Assembly (NCBI RefSeq): GCF_003057965.1
Contig: NZ_CP020921.1
Location: 918,916 to 982,915 of the forward strand
Length of the DNA: 64,000 nt
Origin: Thermodesulfobium acidiphilum
GTDB lineage: Bacteria > Thermodesulfobiota > Thermodesulfobiia > Thermodesulfobiales > Thermodesulfobiaceae
Direction: 5' to 3'
In this document: one piece after another, positions 28,046 through 38,497 of the stretch
How the letters are laid out: every line of letters starts with the position of its first letter
How positions within the stretch are numbered: the first letter of the stretch is position 1
Notes under the pieces: generated by a model
Seen by the model: only the letters and a program-made list of their open reading frames with translations
The model's database searches: none
What the model was told of the DNA's origin: nothing
Translations under genes and position numbers: made by a program

Positions 28046-28942
28046 TTATACAATAGAACGTGCCTCTTCAACAATTTTTTTAACGATGTTGAATTGTTTA
28101 TCGGTAATATTGATCCCTGGTAGATTAGTATAGGTAGAAATATCCAACCCATTAACTTTTACAGCAGCTTTTATAGCAGTAATAAAAAGATCTGTACACT
28201 CATACAAATTCATAAGAACAGAAATCTTCTTTGCGCATTTTTCTACCGTTACAAAATCTTTGTTTTCATAAGCTCTGTGCAAATCGACAAAAAGCTTTGG
28301 TTCTACATTGGCCAGACCACATAGCACTCCATCTCCACCTGAAAGTCTATTTAGGATATAGTATTCGTCAAAACCTGATAAAACAGTAAAGTCTGGTCTA
28401 ATAGATTTTATCTTTTGGATCACTCTTCTCGTATGGCTGATGCTATCAACTGTATCTTTTAAAGAAACGATGTTGTAGTATTTTTTTGCAAGATTTGATA
28501 CTACTTCAATAGATAGCTCTGTTCCTGTCCTTGCTGGAAAATTGTATAACATAATAGGTATATCTACAGCCTGAGCAATCTTTCCAAAGTACTGTTCTGC
28601 AGCACTGTCAGATGGTCCAAAATAATATGGCGATACAATAGTTATTCCATCAGCCCCTATTTCTTTGGAAAATTTTGACACTTCAATAACCTCATTTATA
28701 TTGGTAGATCCTGTTCCAATAAGAACCTTTACCCTTTTATTTACCGAATTAACGGCAAAAGATGCAAGCTTTTTCCTTTGCTCAACCGAGAATGAGTAAA
28801 ATTCGCCAGTGCTCCCAAGAAATAATATCCCATCTACTCCACTATTTATGAGATTATTTATATGAACGGTCATATTCGCAAGATCGAAATTACCATTCTC
28901 GTCCAAAATTGTAATGCATGCAACATAAATTCCTCTAAACAT
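28046..28942 (-). CDS. Dihydrodipicolinate synthase family aldolase (YagE-like)
   Basis: GSTGEF, PYYF, LYNFPARTG, Schiff-base LKDT. Confidence 0.9.
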   Translation of the reverse strand: MFRGIYVACITILDENGNFDLANMTVHINNLINSGVDGILFLGSTGEFYSFSVEQRKKLASFAVNSVNKRVKVLIGTGSTNINEVIEVSKFSKEIGADGITIVSPYYFGPSDSAAEQYFGKIAQAVDIPIMLYNFPARTGTELSIEVVSNLAKKYYNIVSLKDTVDSISHTRRVIQKIKSIRPDFTVLSGFDEYYILNRLSGGDGVLCGLANVEPKLFVDLHRAYENKDFVTVEKCAKKISVLMNLYECTDLFITAIKAAVKVNGLDISTYTNLPGINITDKQFNIVKKIVEEARSIV

Positions 28943-28979
28943 AATCTCCTCCTTAAGTAAACGTTACATAAAAAATTCT

Positions 28980-29462
28980 TTAAAAATTATTTTTTTGGTT
29001 ACTCTTTATAGCTTCAATAAGGAGTCTCCCTATAGTTCCTTCTTGTACATAATCCCAGGTAGGATTTTCTATGCTATCAAAATATAAAATGTCACCATTT
29101 TTGTTGTAGTCAGTAAAGGAAAGTATCATTATTAAATTATTTTTGAGATCGACTTTCAAATAAACGATGGTATATAAGAGCAAATCATATCCATAAACTG
29201 AAATATTATGTGATTTTAAAATTGAAATATAAGCGTTTTTGCCTGCTTCAGAGTATAACTCCTTGTAATTAACTTCTATTATATTTTGTGTTAGATACTT
29301 GATGCTATCTGTATCATAAAAGAATTGATTTCCATATATATTATCAGTAGCAAAGTAAACCCAATTTATTGCCCACGCCTGTTTACAGACTACATTTAAA
29401 GTTAAAAAAGCAAATATTATAATTATATATATCTTAAAGTTGGTTAAAATTTTTTTAAACAT
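28980..29462 (-). CDS. Secreted hypothetical protein
   Basis: Signal peptide ending AWA; NWVYF...FFYDTDSI pattern. Confidence 0.75.
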   Translation of the reverse strand: MFKKILTNFKIYIIIIFAFLTLNVVCKQAWAINWVYFATDNIYGNQFFYDTDSIKYLTQNIIEVNYKELYSEAGKNAYISILKSHNISVYGYDLLLYTIVYLKVDLKNNLIMILSFTDYNKNGDILYFDSIENPTWDYVQEGTIGRLLIEAIKSNQKNNF

Positions 29463-29492
29463 AAGTTCATATTATAATACAATACATAAATT

Positions 29493-30398
29493 CTACAATT
29501 TTTCTCCCGCCAGGACTACAAAAGCACCTTTTCCATAGCCTGGTTCGGGCTCTTGAACATAACTTAAATCTTTGATATCTACCCCAAACAAAACTTGAAC
29601 TGCTCCTAAGAATCTAATGTCAATTTTATTAAAAAGATCAATAATCTCTTCTGACGAAAAAAATCTTGCATTCTTATAAAAAACGCTATTTGATTGTCTA
29701 TTTAAATACAATTTACCAAGTTCACTTTCTTTATCAACTATAGCAACTATTAATCTTGAACCTTTTTTCAGAACTCTTTTTGCTTCCAATAGACTCCTTT
29801 CTGGATCGTTTACAAAGCAAATAGTTACAGCCAAAAGTACGAAATCAAATTTATTATCATAAAAAGGCAGATCTTCAGCTAAACCCTTATAAACGTTTAT
29901 ACCTTTATTTCTTGCAATTTGAATCATTTTATCCGATGGCTCTACTCCAAATAAAATTCCCAGGGGTTTTGCAAACCTTCCGCTTCCAACCCCTACTTCC
30001 AAACCCTTTCCTTCAGAAGGAACTAACATTTTCAATGCTTCTATCTCTGAAAGGTAAACAAATTTATTTTCTTCAAACCAAAACTCATATTCAGACGAAT
30101 ACCTTTCAAAAATCTCAACTTTTTTGAGAAAGTCTAAATAAAATACTTTAGCACTATTTAGGTTTTTAAAGTCTAAAATTATCGAATCCACATCTGACTT
30201 GAGTAATTCTTCTTTATATTTTTCACTGATATTAGTGCCCATCAATATATGTTTTTTTAGATCGATTCTAGATAGATTTTCCTTAGAAATTCTCTTTAAA
30301 AAATTGTCACGATTGTAGATCGAATAAAATGGTGCTTCTTCAAAATTTCCATTAAAAATCTCCCCGCTAGAGTCCGTCGCAATTAAAGCACTTTTCAT
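29493..30398 (-). CDS. Class I SAM methyltransferase with N-terminal NifB/NifX-like segment
   Basis: GLEVGVGSGRF, AEDLPF, FDFVL; N-terminus IATD...GNFEEAPFY. Confidence 0.85.
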   Translation of the reverse strand: MKSALIATDSSGEIFNGNFEEAPFYSIYNRDNFLKRISKENLSRIDLKKHILMGTNISEKYKEELLKSDVDSIILDFKNLNSAKVFYLDFLKKVEIFERYSSEYEFWFEENKFVYLSEIEALKMLVPSEGKGLEVGVGSGRFAKPLGILFGVEPSDKMIQIARNKGINVYKGLAEDLPFYDNKFDFVLLAVTICFVNDPERSLLEAKRVLKKGSRLIVAIVDKESELGKLYLNRQSNSVFYKNARFFSSEEIIDLFNKIDIRFLGAVQVLFGVDIKDLSYVQEPEPGYGKGAFVVLAGEKL

Positions 30399-30425
30399 AA
30401 ATTATATTGAATAAAGGTATTTAAT

Positions 30426-31439
30426 CTATTTAACAATTAAAACCCCCGCCCCTTTGTATTCTCCATGCTTTAGCATCACAAGTGCTTTGTTTGCATCTTG
30501 AAAATCAAATTCGTTCACTCTTGACACTATTGGAATAGATGATGCAATATCTAAAAATTCTCTTACATCATCTCTTGTAATATTGGCTACACTTTTTAAC
30601 TCTTTCTCGTTCCACAAGTGTTCTTGATAATCAAGTTCTGGTATTAGAGACTCTTTTCTAATAAGATTAGTTACTAATCTACCACCCTTTTCGAGAACGC
30701 TCAGAGCTTCTCTTATCACATAACCAACAGGAGTAGTATCAATAGCGCGGTTCAGTTTTTTGGGAGGTTTATCTCCTGTAACTCCAACCCAATCAGCACC
30801 CATATCTTGCGCCATTTTGCTTGCTGCATCATCTTTTCGCCTAGTAAACACAAAGACTTTTGAATTTGGATAAAGCTTCTTTATTAATTGGATTACTATA
30901 TGAGCCGATGCACCAAAACCAAAAAGACCAATACACTCGTAATCGTTCATATTAGTAAGCTTTAACGACCTGTACCCTACTGCTCCAGCACACAGAAGGG
31001 GTGCAGCCTGAACGTCTGAAAAATTATCGGGTATTTTATAGCAAAAATTCTCAGATATTAAACAATATTGAGCATAACCTCCGTTTACATCACACCCTGT
31101 AGCCTTAAAATCATTGCAGAGATTTTCTTCCCCTCTTCTACAAAAGTAGCATTTTCCACATACTGAATTTATCCATGCAATACCAACCCTATCGCCCACT
31201 TTAAATTTCTTAACGTCTCTCCCAATCTCTTTAACATTTCCAACTATTTGATGACCTAAAATTATGGGCAGTTTCGGCATTACTCTTCCCTCTATTTCAT
31301 CCAATTCAGTATGGCATATTCCACAGCAAGATATTTCTACTAAAATCTCGCTTTCGCCTGGAATTTGCATTTCAACTTCCATAATTTTAAGAGGTCTATC
31401 TTCAACCTTTGAAATTTTATCTAAAACTAGGGCATTCAT
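30426..31439 (-). CDS. Zinc-dependent alcohol dehydrogenase family protein
   Basis: CGICHTE, GHQIVG, CGKCYFC...C, GFGASAH. Confidence 0.93.
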   Translation of the reverse strand: MNALVLDKISKVEDRPLKIMEVEMQIPGESEILVEISCCGICHTELDEIEGRVMPKLPIILGHQIVGNVKEIGRDVKKFKVGDRVGIAWINSVCGKCYFCRRGEENLCNDFKATGCDVNGGYAQYCLISENFCYKIPDNFSDVQAAPLLCAGAVGYRSLKLTNMNDYECIGLFGFGASAHIVIQLIKKLYPNSKVFVFTRRKDDAASKMAQDMGADWVGVTGDKPPKKLNRAIDTTPVGYVIREALSVLEKGGRLVTNLIRKESLIPELDYQEHLWNEKELKSVANITRDDVREFLDIASSIPIVSRVNEFDFQDANKALVMLKHGEYKGAGVLIVK

Positions 31440-31448
31440 TTCATACTT

Positions 31449-31976
31449 TCATTTTAAAAATTTTTTAAAAAAATCATATTCTTTTTGCTGTACAGAACCA
31501 TCTTTAATTTCTTCAACTTTTGATATTTCGTCGCTTGACCTTCTAGTAAGATTATCATTAGCATCATAGTAATAATTTGGCGAAATTCTTTGATACGTAG
31601 CTCTTAAGTAGTCGAACTTATATAAAGCTTCCATATGATCTACAAAACATGATTTGGAAAACCACCCAAAATTATTTGCACAATTAAGAGATATAACATT
31701 ATTTGAAGGAGCTTCTAATATCCATACAGTAATTGTTCTGTTTTCTTTATCCACTGAAATAGTTTCAGGATAGTAATAATAAAACACAGGGTAATAAAAG
31801 CCATTCTGAGTACTAGAGAGATTTTTGTTCAACGAATCCTTTATAGGTAACCAGTTTGAAGAAATGTTTTTTGTATCGGGATGAGGAATTAACATCTCTG
31901 ATTGTTCCGCATACGAAATAGAAAATAAAAAAATAAATGGCAAAATAAAAGTTATAACTTTTAATAATTTTTTCAA
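31449..31976 (-). CDS. Secreted hypothetical protein
   Basis: Signal peptide MKKLLK...SYA; 175 aa. Confidence 0.7.
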   Translation of the reverse strand: MKKLLKVITFILPFIFLFSISYAEQSEMLIPHPDTKNISSNWLPIKDSLNKNLSSTQNGFYYPVFYYYYPETISVDKENRTITVWILEAPSNNVISLNCANNFGWFSKSCFVDHMEALYKFDYLRATYQRISPNYYYDANDNLTRRSSDEISKVEEIKDGSVQQKEYDFFKKFLK

Positions 31977-32223
31977 GCCATAAACTCCCCTTAGAAAGAA
32001 ATGATTTATTAGCTTAAATTATAATACAAAAATTTTAAATCGCAATAAAATTTCTAGAATTCTAAGGAGGTTCATATTCAGAAAAAATATCACATGAATT
32101 GCCAAAAAAGTTTAACAAGGAATATTGTATGAAGAATATTTGTTTACGTGTGAAAAATATGTATATCAATTGGTATTAATTAAGTATTTTTTACTTTAAA
32201 TAAAAAATTAAATATTTAATATA

Positions 32224-32259
32224 AGCCCTATGAAATAAAAGTTTCTATTTCATAGGGCT
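32224..32259 (-). terminator. Intrinsic terminator
   Basis: Perfect 14-bp inverted repeat AGCCCTATGAAATA/TATTTCATAGGGCT, 20 bp after the phosphoesterase stop. Confidence 0.85.
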
Positions 32260-32279
32260 CAAAAATTTAATTATTATAG

Positions 32280-35015
32280 CTATTGTTCATTTAAAGGTTT
32301 TGTTTTTGCTTCATCTGGTAAATACACTTTATTGTCACCTGGATATGGTAAATCGAAACCCTTTACACTATACCATATATCTCTATTTAATAGATTATCA
32401 CTTTGCCTGTCTTCGTCGTTTACGGTAGAACCAGAAAACATATTTTCAGAAGATAATGCCCATAAGTATTGAAGTTTACTGTTTGATATGTTTAAAGATT
32501 TTAAATCTGGATTCATTTCATTCAAAGGGATATTGTTTGACAAAACGTTATAGGGAGTGAAATCAGGTTTATCTGTAAAAGCATCATACATGGGTGTCGC
32601 AGCAGAATCCATCTGATTCATTGGCGGCAAATCTAAAATCTGTTCTATCGTTCTTAGCATGTCTATCTGAGTATACTTTGTATGGTCAACATAATTTCTT
32701 TTCACGTAGGGTCCGATAACAAGTGCAACTGTTCTATGTCCATCAACATGATCTACTCCATTTTGGGCATCGTCTTCAACCACAAATATAACTGAATCTT
32801 TCCAATATTTACTATGACTTATAGCATCAACAACTCTACCCAAAGCAAGATCATTATCTGCTACCATAGCTCTTGGTGTAGGCAGTCCAGGTTTTGTTCC
32901 CCCTGTATGATCATCAGGCAAAGACATAATTATAAGATTTGGGAGATCATTATTTTTTACGTATAAATTAAACTGCTTCAAGAATATATCTACTCTATAC
33001 TGGTCTGGTATGTTCAAACAAAATGGTGGATAATCTCGAACTAAAAGCTTGTCATTTGAAACTACATCAGATACAGATTGAAATCTTCCAATTGGAACAT
33101 GTAATTGCCCAGTAATTTTTCCTTCAATAATCTGGGAATCTTTATACCAATCCTGCCAGCTTCCTAATGGTTCTACGCCAGATCCAGTAGGAGTGCGAAA
33201 GTATTTTACATATTCTCCAAAATTAGCTACTGATTTTCCATGTTTTACTGCATCATCCCAAATAAATCCTGATGAAAGATAAGCCAAACTATCTCCACCT
33301 TCATTAGGATAACTGCGGGGAAAGTCTCCAAACTGTCTCTCCACATAATCAGGATCTAATCCCTGATCAGTAAATTGATGTCCATCAGCAGATACTGAAC
33401 CGCTGCAGTAAAAGTTGTCAAACAATACAAAGTCCTTTGCTAATGCATGCTGATTTGGAGTAACTTTTTCGCCAAATAAAACTAAGTCTGGATCGCCATT
33501 ACCTTCTTTAATATCGCCAAATACCTGATCATAGGGTCTATTTTCTTTGATAATATAGAAAACATGTTTTATAGCAGAAAGCTCTCCTAAATGTAAAGGA
33601 ATTGAAACTGATATACCAAATTGATAATTGTTAACTGCGTTTTGAGGCATACTTAATTGAGATGGAGTTGTAAACGAATCTAAAATATGATTAACTTTGA
33701 CATTATTATTTAATAAATTCCCCCAATTATTATTCTCATATACTTTCTTTGTAAAGTTAGATAGAGTTACATTATCAGGATATTTTATTATGGATATACT
33801 GCCAAGCCATGCGTAAACTGAATGCCCAAAAGATTGTTTTGAATGCCCAAATGGAACCTCACTACCCATGGATCCGACACCTTTAATATTTGCTACTACA
33901 ATACTATTTAGCGCTTTATCAATAGCGATATCACCTGGATACCACCCTGTAGGGATTAGACCATCGAATTTTACAGCTTCGTTTTCTCCATTCCAATCAT
34001 AAACAGCTATAGCATTGTTGGAACCAAGACTAACATATAATTTATTTTCAGGTGAAATTGCGATTGCATTTGGTTGGCTGCCAAATATAGAATTGGGATA
34101 TGGATGAATACTGATAGTCTTTACTACTGTTAAAGATTTCTTATTTATAACTGAAATCGTATCACTATTTGTATTGGTTACAAAGATATCTTCTTTATTC
34201 TGACACATTGCAGTAGGTTGTAAACCCACAGTAATATTTTTTATTACAGATTCAGTATTTAGATCTATCACAGAAACCGTACCGGTGCTAGCTGCGCCGG
34301 TAACAGGATCGGAAACTATTGATGTTCCACTAGAATAATTCGTATAATCTGCATTTGTAGCAATCCTTCCTCCCTGATTTGTAACAAAAGCTAAGTTTGA
34401 GTCAATTAATATTGTATAGGGAGCATTACCAACAGAAATCTCGCCAATAAATTTATCGTCAGATAAATCTATTATTCCTATTGAATTATTCCTACTTAAA
34501 GCAACGTATAATTTCGATCCATCAGGAGAAACAGCTAGACCACCTGGATCAGGAGTTTTTCCATCCACATTCTTTGGCAATTCGATTACTTTATGTAAAG
34601 TTAATAGCCCCTCACTATTCACATTAAAATCAAGAATTTTCCCATCGCTAAAAGAAGCATATAATTTAGATCCATCCTTTGAATAAATTATCCCAGTATA
34701 TGAACCACCCTTTTCACTTTTTGACAGGCTAAAATTCTGAATTACCCTCCCTTCTTTTAGATCCAGTACAACTATTGGAGAATAATTAGGCGTAAAACCA
34801 TTAGGATAACCCCCCACATTTGCTACAGCAGTTTTTCCATCTGGATTTATAGCAATAGCATTGGGTCTACCAGAAAAAAGTACTTGTTCTCCTGCAGGAG
34901 TCAAACTCTGATCTGTAGGAACGTAAATTAAATTTCCAGCAAATGAATAAGATTCAAAAAATATAACTTGAAGAAATAAAATAACAATTGCAACATACAA
35001 AAATGATTTTTTCAA
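32280..35015 (-). CDS. Secreted YVTN/YncE beta-propeller plus phosphoesterase (alkaline phosphatase superfamily) protein
   Basis: Propeller repeats FVTN...SVID; IKHVFYIIKENRPYD, SADGH, EDDAQNGVDHVDGHR; TTG 35015 after GGAGG. Confidence 0.9.
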   Translation of the reverse strand: MKKSFLYVAIVILFLQVIFFESYSFAGNLIYVPTDQSLTPAGEQVLFSGRPNAIAINPDGKTAVANVGGYPNGFTPNYSPIVVLDLKEGRVIQNFSLSKSEKGGSYTGIIYSKDGSKLYASFSDGKILDFNVNSEGLLTLHKVIELPKNVDGKTPDPGGLAVSPDGSKLYVALSRNNSIGIIDLSDDKFIGEISVGNAPYTILIDSNLAFVTNQGGRIATNADYTNYSSGTSIVSDPVTGAASTGTVSVIDLNTESVIKNITVGLQPTAMCQNKEDIFVTNTNSDTISVINKKSLTVVKTISIHPYPNSIFGSQPNAIAISPENKLYVSLGSNNAIAVYDWNGENEAVKFDGLIPTGWYPGDIAIDKALNSIVVANIKGVGSMGSEVPFGHSKQSFGHSVYAWLGSISIIKYPDNVTLSNFTKKVYENNNWGNLLNNNVKVNHILDSFTTPSQLSMPQNAVNNYQFGISVSIPLHLGELSAIKHVFYIIKENRPYDQVFGDIKEGNGDPDLVLFGEKVTPNQHALAKDFVLFDNFYCSGSVSADGHQFTDQGLDPDYVERQFGDFPRSYPNEGGDSLAYLSSGFIWDDAVKHGKSVANFGEYVKYFRTPTGSGVEPLGSWQDWYKDSQIIEGKITGQLHVPIGRFQSVSDVVSNDKLLVRDYPPFCLNIPDQYRVDIFLKQFNLYVKNNDLPNLIIMSLPDDHTGGTKPGLPTPRAMVADNDLALGRVVDAISHSKYWKDSVIFVVEDDAQNGVDHVDGHRTVALVIGPYVKRNYVDHTKYTQIDMLRTIEQILDLPPMNQMDSAATPMYDAFTDKPDFTPYNVLSNNIPLNEMNPDLKSLNISNSKLQYLWALSSENMFSGSTVNDEDRQSDNLLNRDIWYSVKGFDLPYPGDNKVYLPDEAKTKPLNEQ

Positions 35016-35053
35016 TATTCCAAAACCTCCCATAGCATATAAATTTACGTACA

Positions 35054-35106
35054 TGTTAAATTAAAATTGTTAACAAAGCGTAAATATAAAGTTAATCATA
35101 AGTTAA
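35054..35106 (-). promoter_or_regulatory. PhoP-type Pho box array
   Basis: TTAACT-N5-TTAACT-N5-TTTACG-N5-TTAACA (11-bp period) plus a fifth TTAACA, directly upstream of a phosphoesterase gene. Confidence 0.7.
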
Positions 35107-35220
35107 AAATTGATTATAAAGTAAGAGAATCATTAAGTCTTTGTAATAGTTTTTATTAAAACATACTAACTTTATTTTAACAGTTTATTAACAGCTAATT
35201 AATTAGTTATTATAAACACC

Positions 35221-35367
35221 AATAAAATAAATCAATTAGAAGATAACATAAAAGCAGCAAACTTAAAACTTACCAAAAATGAACTTGATATGCTCTCAGA
35301 AGTAAGTGCAGTTAAGGAAATTTATCCAAAATGGATGATATTAAGACAGAACGTTAATAGATCATAA
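35221..35367 (+). pseudogene. C-terminal remnant of an aldo/keto reductase
   Basis: NKINQLEDNIKAANLKLTKNELDMLSEVSAVKEIYPKWM, typical AKR C-terminus; rest of gene absent. Confidence 0.75.
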
Positions 35368-35530
35368 ATTTTTATTAGCTTATTATCATCGAAAAACTCT
35401 TAAAACATTAAACGTTTTTTTAATGAAAGCATCTTTTTCGGGATAATTAGAATTTTTTATAATCTATATCGTTTCGAATTTCCAATATGGAGAAGAAGTT
35501 GTCTCTAAAAATCTACCATCCAGATATTTA

Positions 35531-36108
35531 TTAGAATAATCTTCTTTGGCCTTGTTTTCCAGCATACCAACATACATAAGGATATATAACCACATTTGAT
35601 ACAAATCTCGTACCAGTCAACTTCGCACATAACACATTGTTATCAAGTTGTACTAAAAATCCCCATTCATTATCTTCTTTATTTAGTTCATTTGGTTTTA
35701 TCCCATCAAGAAACTTGGTCAACTTCAGCAAAATAATATCTTTATTAAATGGGTTGATATTGCAAGCCAAGACCCCTTTGAAAGCAGTCGTAAAACATGG
35801 ATCGAGTATTCGATTTTCTGAAGCACACCTGAAAGCCATTTTATTATGATCATCTACGGCAGATGAGCCCCAGCAAGACCCAGATAAGATCTTTGAATTC
35901 TCAGGGAAGGCATCCAGAGGCTCATAATTAATTATTTCCGTCTTCTGAGGAATTTTGTTTAAACCATGTCCAAACCAATTTTTCCATGCCAGTGAATTAA
36001 GAACAGCCTTGTCCGAAAGTAAAGGTTCCTGTGTATCAAATTGTTTGGCTTGAATTCCAGTTGGTTCGCTTTCTAACTTTGCAGCTTCCTTTTTGTCTAT
36101 TAGGTATA
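35531..36108 (-). pseudogene. 5'-truncated Cys-containing hypothetical gene
   Basis: Frame open from about 36108 with no start codon or SD (…GSCWGSS…AFRC…ILDPCF…); coding-like sequence continues out of frame past 35531. Confidence 0.6.
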
Positions 36109-36148
36109 TTTATAAACAGATTATGAATCAATTTTTATATTAATCTTT

Positions 36149-37561
36149 TTATATGTAATCAACTTTTATATCTTTAGCCATAATTATCTTATTTGGATTC
36201 ATTATGTTTTGTGGGTCAATTGACTTTTTTATATCAGAAAAAAACCTCATGCCTTCTTTTTTAAATTCTCTTTCCATAAACTTTGCCTTTACAATTCCTA
36301 TTCCATGTTCTCCTGTAAGCGTCCCACCAAGTTCTATACAATAATCAAAGATCTCGCTCACTGCTTTTTCTACCTTTTCCATCTCAACTTTGTCCCTTTT
36401 GTCAGTTAGAAAAATAGGATGCATATTGCCATCACCCACATGACCACAACTGCCTATAAGAAGATTGTATCTATCTTTAATCTCATGAATTCTTTTTATC
36501 ATCGATGGTACTTTGCTTCTGGGTACTGTAGCATCCTCAGTAATCGTAGTAGGCCTAAGTCTTGCCAAAACAGGAAACAAAGATCTTCTTGCCTGCATTA
36601 GCCTATTTCTTTCACTTTCATTCTTTGCTACCTCTATAGATCTTGCACCAGCTTTTGAACAAACCTCTTCTACAACTTTAGCTGATTTATCAACGTCTTC
36701 TGGTTCACCATCTACTTCTATTAACAAGAGCGCCTCAATATCCCTTGGCAAACCAACCCTATTAAAGTCTTCAATAGCGTTTATAGATACTTTATCCAAT
36801 AACTCCATAGTGGATGGAATAACCTTATTCTCAATAATACTTGCCACAGCAATACCTGCTGATTCTATTTCATCAAACATTACCAACATAGTCTTTATCT
36901 TTTTTGGAGGATAAATTAGCTTTAACATTATCTTTGTAATAATCCCCAATGTTCCCTCTGAGCAAACAAAAAGATGAGTTAAGTCAAATCCTGGACTCCC
37001 CCTAAGCGAAAAACTGCCCGTCTGAACTATATCTGAGTTTGGCAGAACAACCTCCAAACCTATTACATAATTTTTTGTTGTACCATATTTCAATCCCCTT
37101 AAGCCTCCCGCTCCCTCTGCCACACAACCACCAATAGTTGCCACAGAAAGACTACCCGGATCTGGAGGGTAAAAAAGACCTCTTTTTGCAACCTCAGCAT
37201 CTAAAACAGCGGCTATTACGCCTGGTTCTACAACAGCTATCATATTTTCTGTGTCGATATCCAATATTTTATTCAATCTGCTTAATTCCAGAACTATTCC
37301 ACCTTCAGCAGGTATTGGACCGCCACTAATACTGGTTCCCGAACCCCTTGGATAAAGATTTACCTTGTGTTTTCTAGCTACTTTTACCACTTTTGAAACT
37401 TGCTTTGAATTAGATACAATTACTACTACATCTGGTACTTTATGTAGCTGTGTAGCATCATATGAATAAACAAAAGTATAAGCGTAATCAGTAAGAACGT
37501 TTTCTCTCCCAGCTATATCTTCCAATTCACTTATAACACTTTTTGATATCACTATTCTCAC
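36149..37561 (-). CDS. FAD-linked oxidase, GlcD/D-lactate dehydrogenase family (start may be GTG 37552)
   Basis: PRGSGTSISGG, YPPDPGS, GHVGDGNMHP, GEHGIG. Confidence 0.92.
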   Translation of the reverse strand: MRIVISKSVISELEDIAGRENVLTDYAYTFVYSYDATQLHKVPDVVVIVSNSKQVSKVVKVARKHKVNLYPRGSGTSISGGPIPAEGGIVLELSRLNKILDIDTENMIAVVEPGVIAAVLDAEVAKRGLFYPPDPGSLSVATIGGCVAEGAGGLRGLKYGTTKNYVIGLEVVLPNSDIVQTGSFSLRGSPGFDLTHLFVCSEGTLGIITKIMLKLIYPPKKIKTMLVMFDEIESAGIAVASIIENKVIPSTMELLDKVSINAIEDFNRVGLPRDIEALLLIEVDGEPEDVDKSAKVVEEVCSKAGARSIEVAKNESERNRLMQARRSLFPVLARLRPTTITEDATVPRSKVPSMIKRIHEIKDRYNLLIGSCGHVGDGNMHPIFLTDKRDKVEMEKVEKAVSEIFDYCIELGGTLTGEHGIGIVKAKFMEREFKKEGMRFFSDIKKSIDPQNIMNPNKIIMAKDIKVDYI

Positions 37562-37571
37562 CTCTAAATGA

Positions 37572-37600
37572 GTTTTACAACTTTTTCAGAGCATTGTCAA
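37572..37600 (-). promoter_or_regulatory. Sigma70-type promoter of the glcD-like gene
   Basis: TTGACA-N17-TAAAAC. Confidence 0.5.
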
Positions 37601-37795
37601 ATTATTATTGAGAGTATAATTTTATTTTTTAAGATAACAACTGGGCTCATGACATATCAAAATTGCTACAACTAAAAATATATTTCTAGTCAAATTAACA
37701 TTGTTCAGAAATCGAATTATGTGATCAAGAGCAATTATTGTAAAATCATCAGTTAATCCGTTATAAACGTTGTGTATTATTAAAAAACTATAGAT

Positions 37796-38488
37796 TTATT
37801 TTATTCTGCCTAACGCCTTTAAAATACCTTTAATTATCAATAAAGGATTTGGTGGACAACCAGGAATATAAACATCTATAAAATCATTATCTGGCAAATT
37901 GTTTTTTGCATATTCAGAAACAAACATATTGTTGCCGCATGCGCAATTGCCAACTGCAATAACAAGGTAGGGTTTTGGAATAGCAACTAAAGTGTCCAGA
38001 AATGGTTTTTCCATATTTCTTACTATCGATCCAGTAAACAATATTACATCGGCATGCTTTGGAGACGCCACAAAACTAATGCCATATTGATCGATATCAT
38101 AAAATGAATTTGAGGTAGCATTAACTTCAAAAAGGCAGGCATTGCACTCTCCTGTATCCACATATCTTATATGAACAGAGTCTTTGAATTGTTTTCTAAA
38201 CATTTCAATATTTTTAGAATTTTCATTTATGATTATAGGTCTCTCAATAAGTTCGATAGCTTTAAATTTACAAATATCAAAGCATAGTCTACAGTTAGTG
38301 CACTTTATATAATTTATTTTTTTATCTTTATCTATGGCATGAGATGGACATCTTTCAATGCACAAATTACAATTGTTTGGACACAAAGAAGCATCTATAG
38401 ATGGGAAATCTTTAAATGATTCAGATAATTCATCAATAGAACTTGTAATTACTTTTGTTCTTAACAGACGATTTAAAACTTTAAACAA
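37796..38488 (-). CDS. Ehr/Hyf small subunit (NuoB/HyfI-like) with N-terminal 2x[4Fe-4S] ferredoxin
   Basis: CPNNCNLCIERCP, CTNCRLCFDIC, GECNAC, SPKHAD, GNCA, PGCPP. Confidence 0.9.
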   Translation of the reverse strand: MFKVLNRLLRTKVITSSIDELSESFKDFPSIDASLCPNNCNLCIERCPSHAIDKDKKINYIKCTNCRLCFDICKFKAIELIERPIIINENSKNIEMFRKQFKDSVHIRYVDTGECNACLFEVNATSNSFYDIDQYGISFVASPKHADVILFTGSIVRNMEKPFLDTLVAIPKPYLVIAVGNCACGNNMFVSEYAKNNLPDNDFIDVYIPGCPPNPLLIIKGILKALGRIK

Positions 38489-38497
38489 AATATCCTC

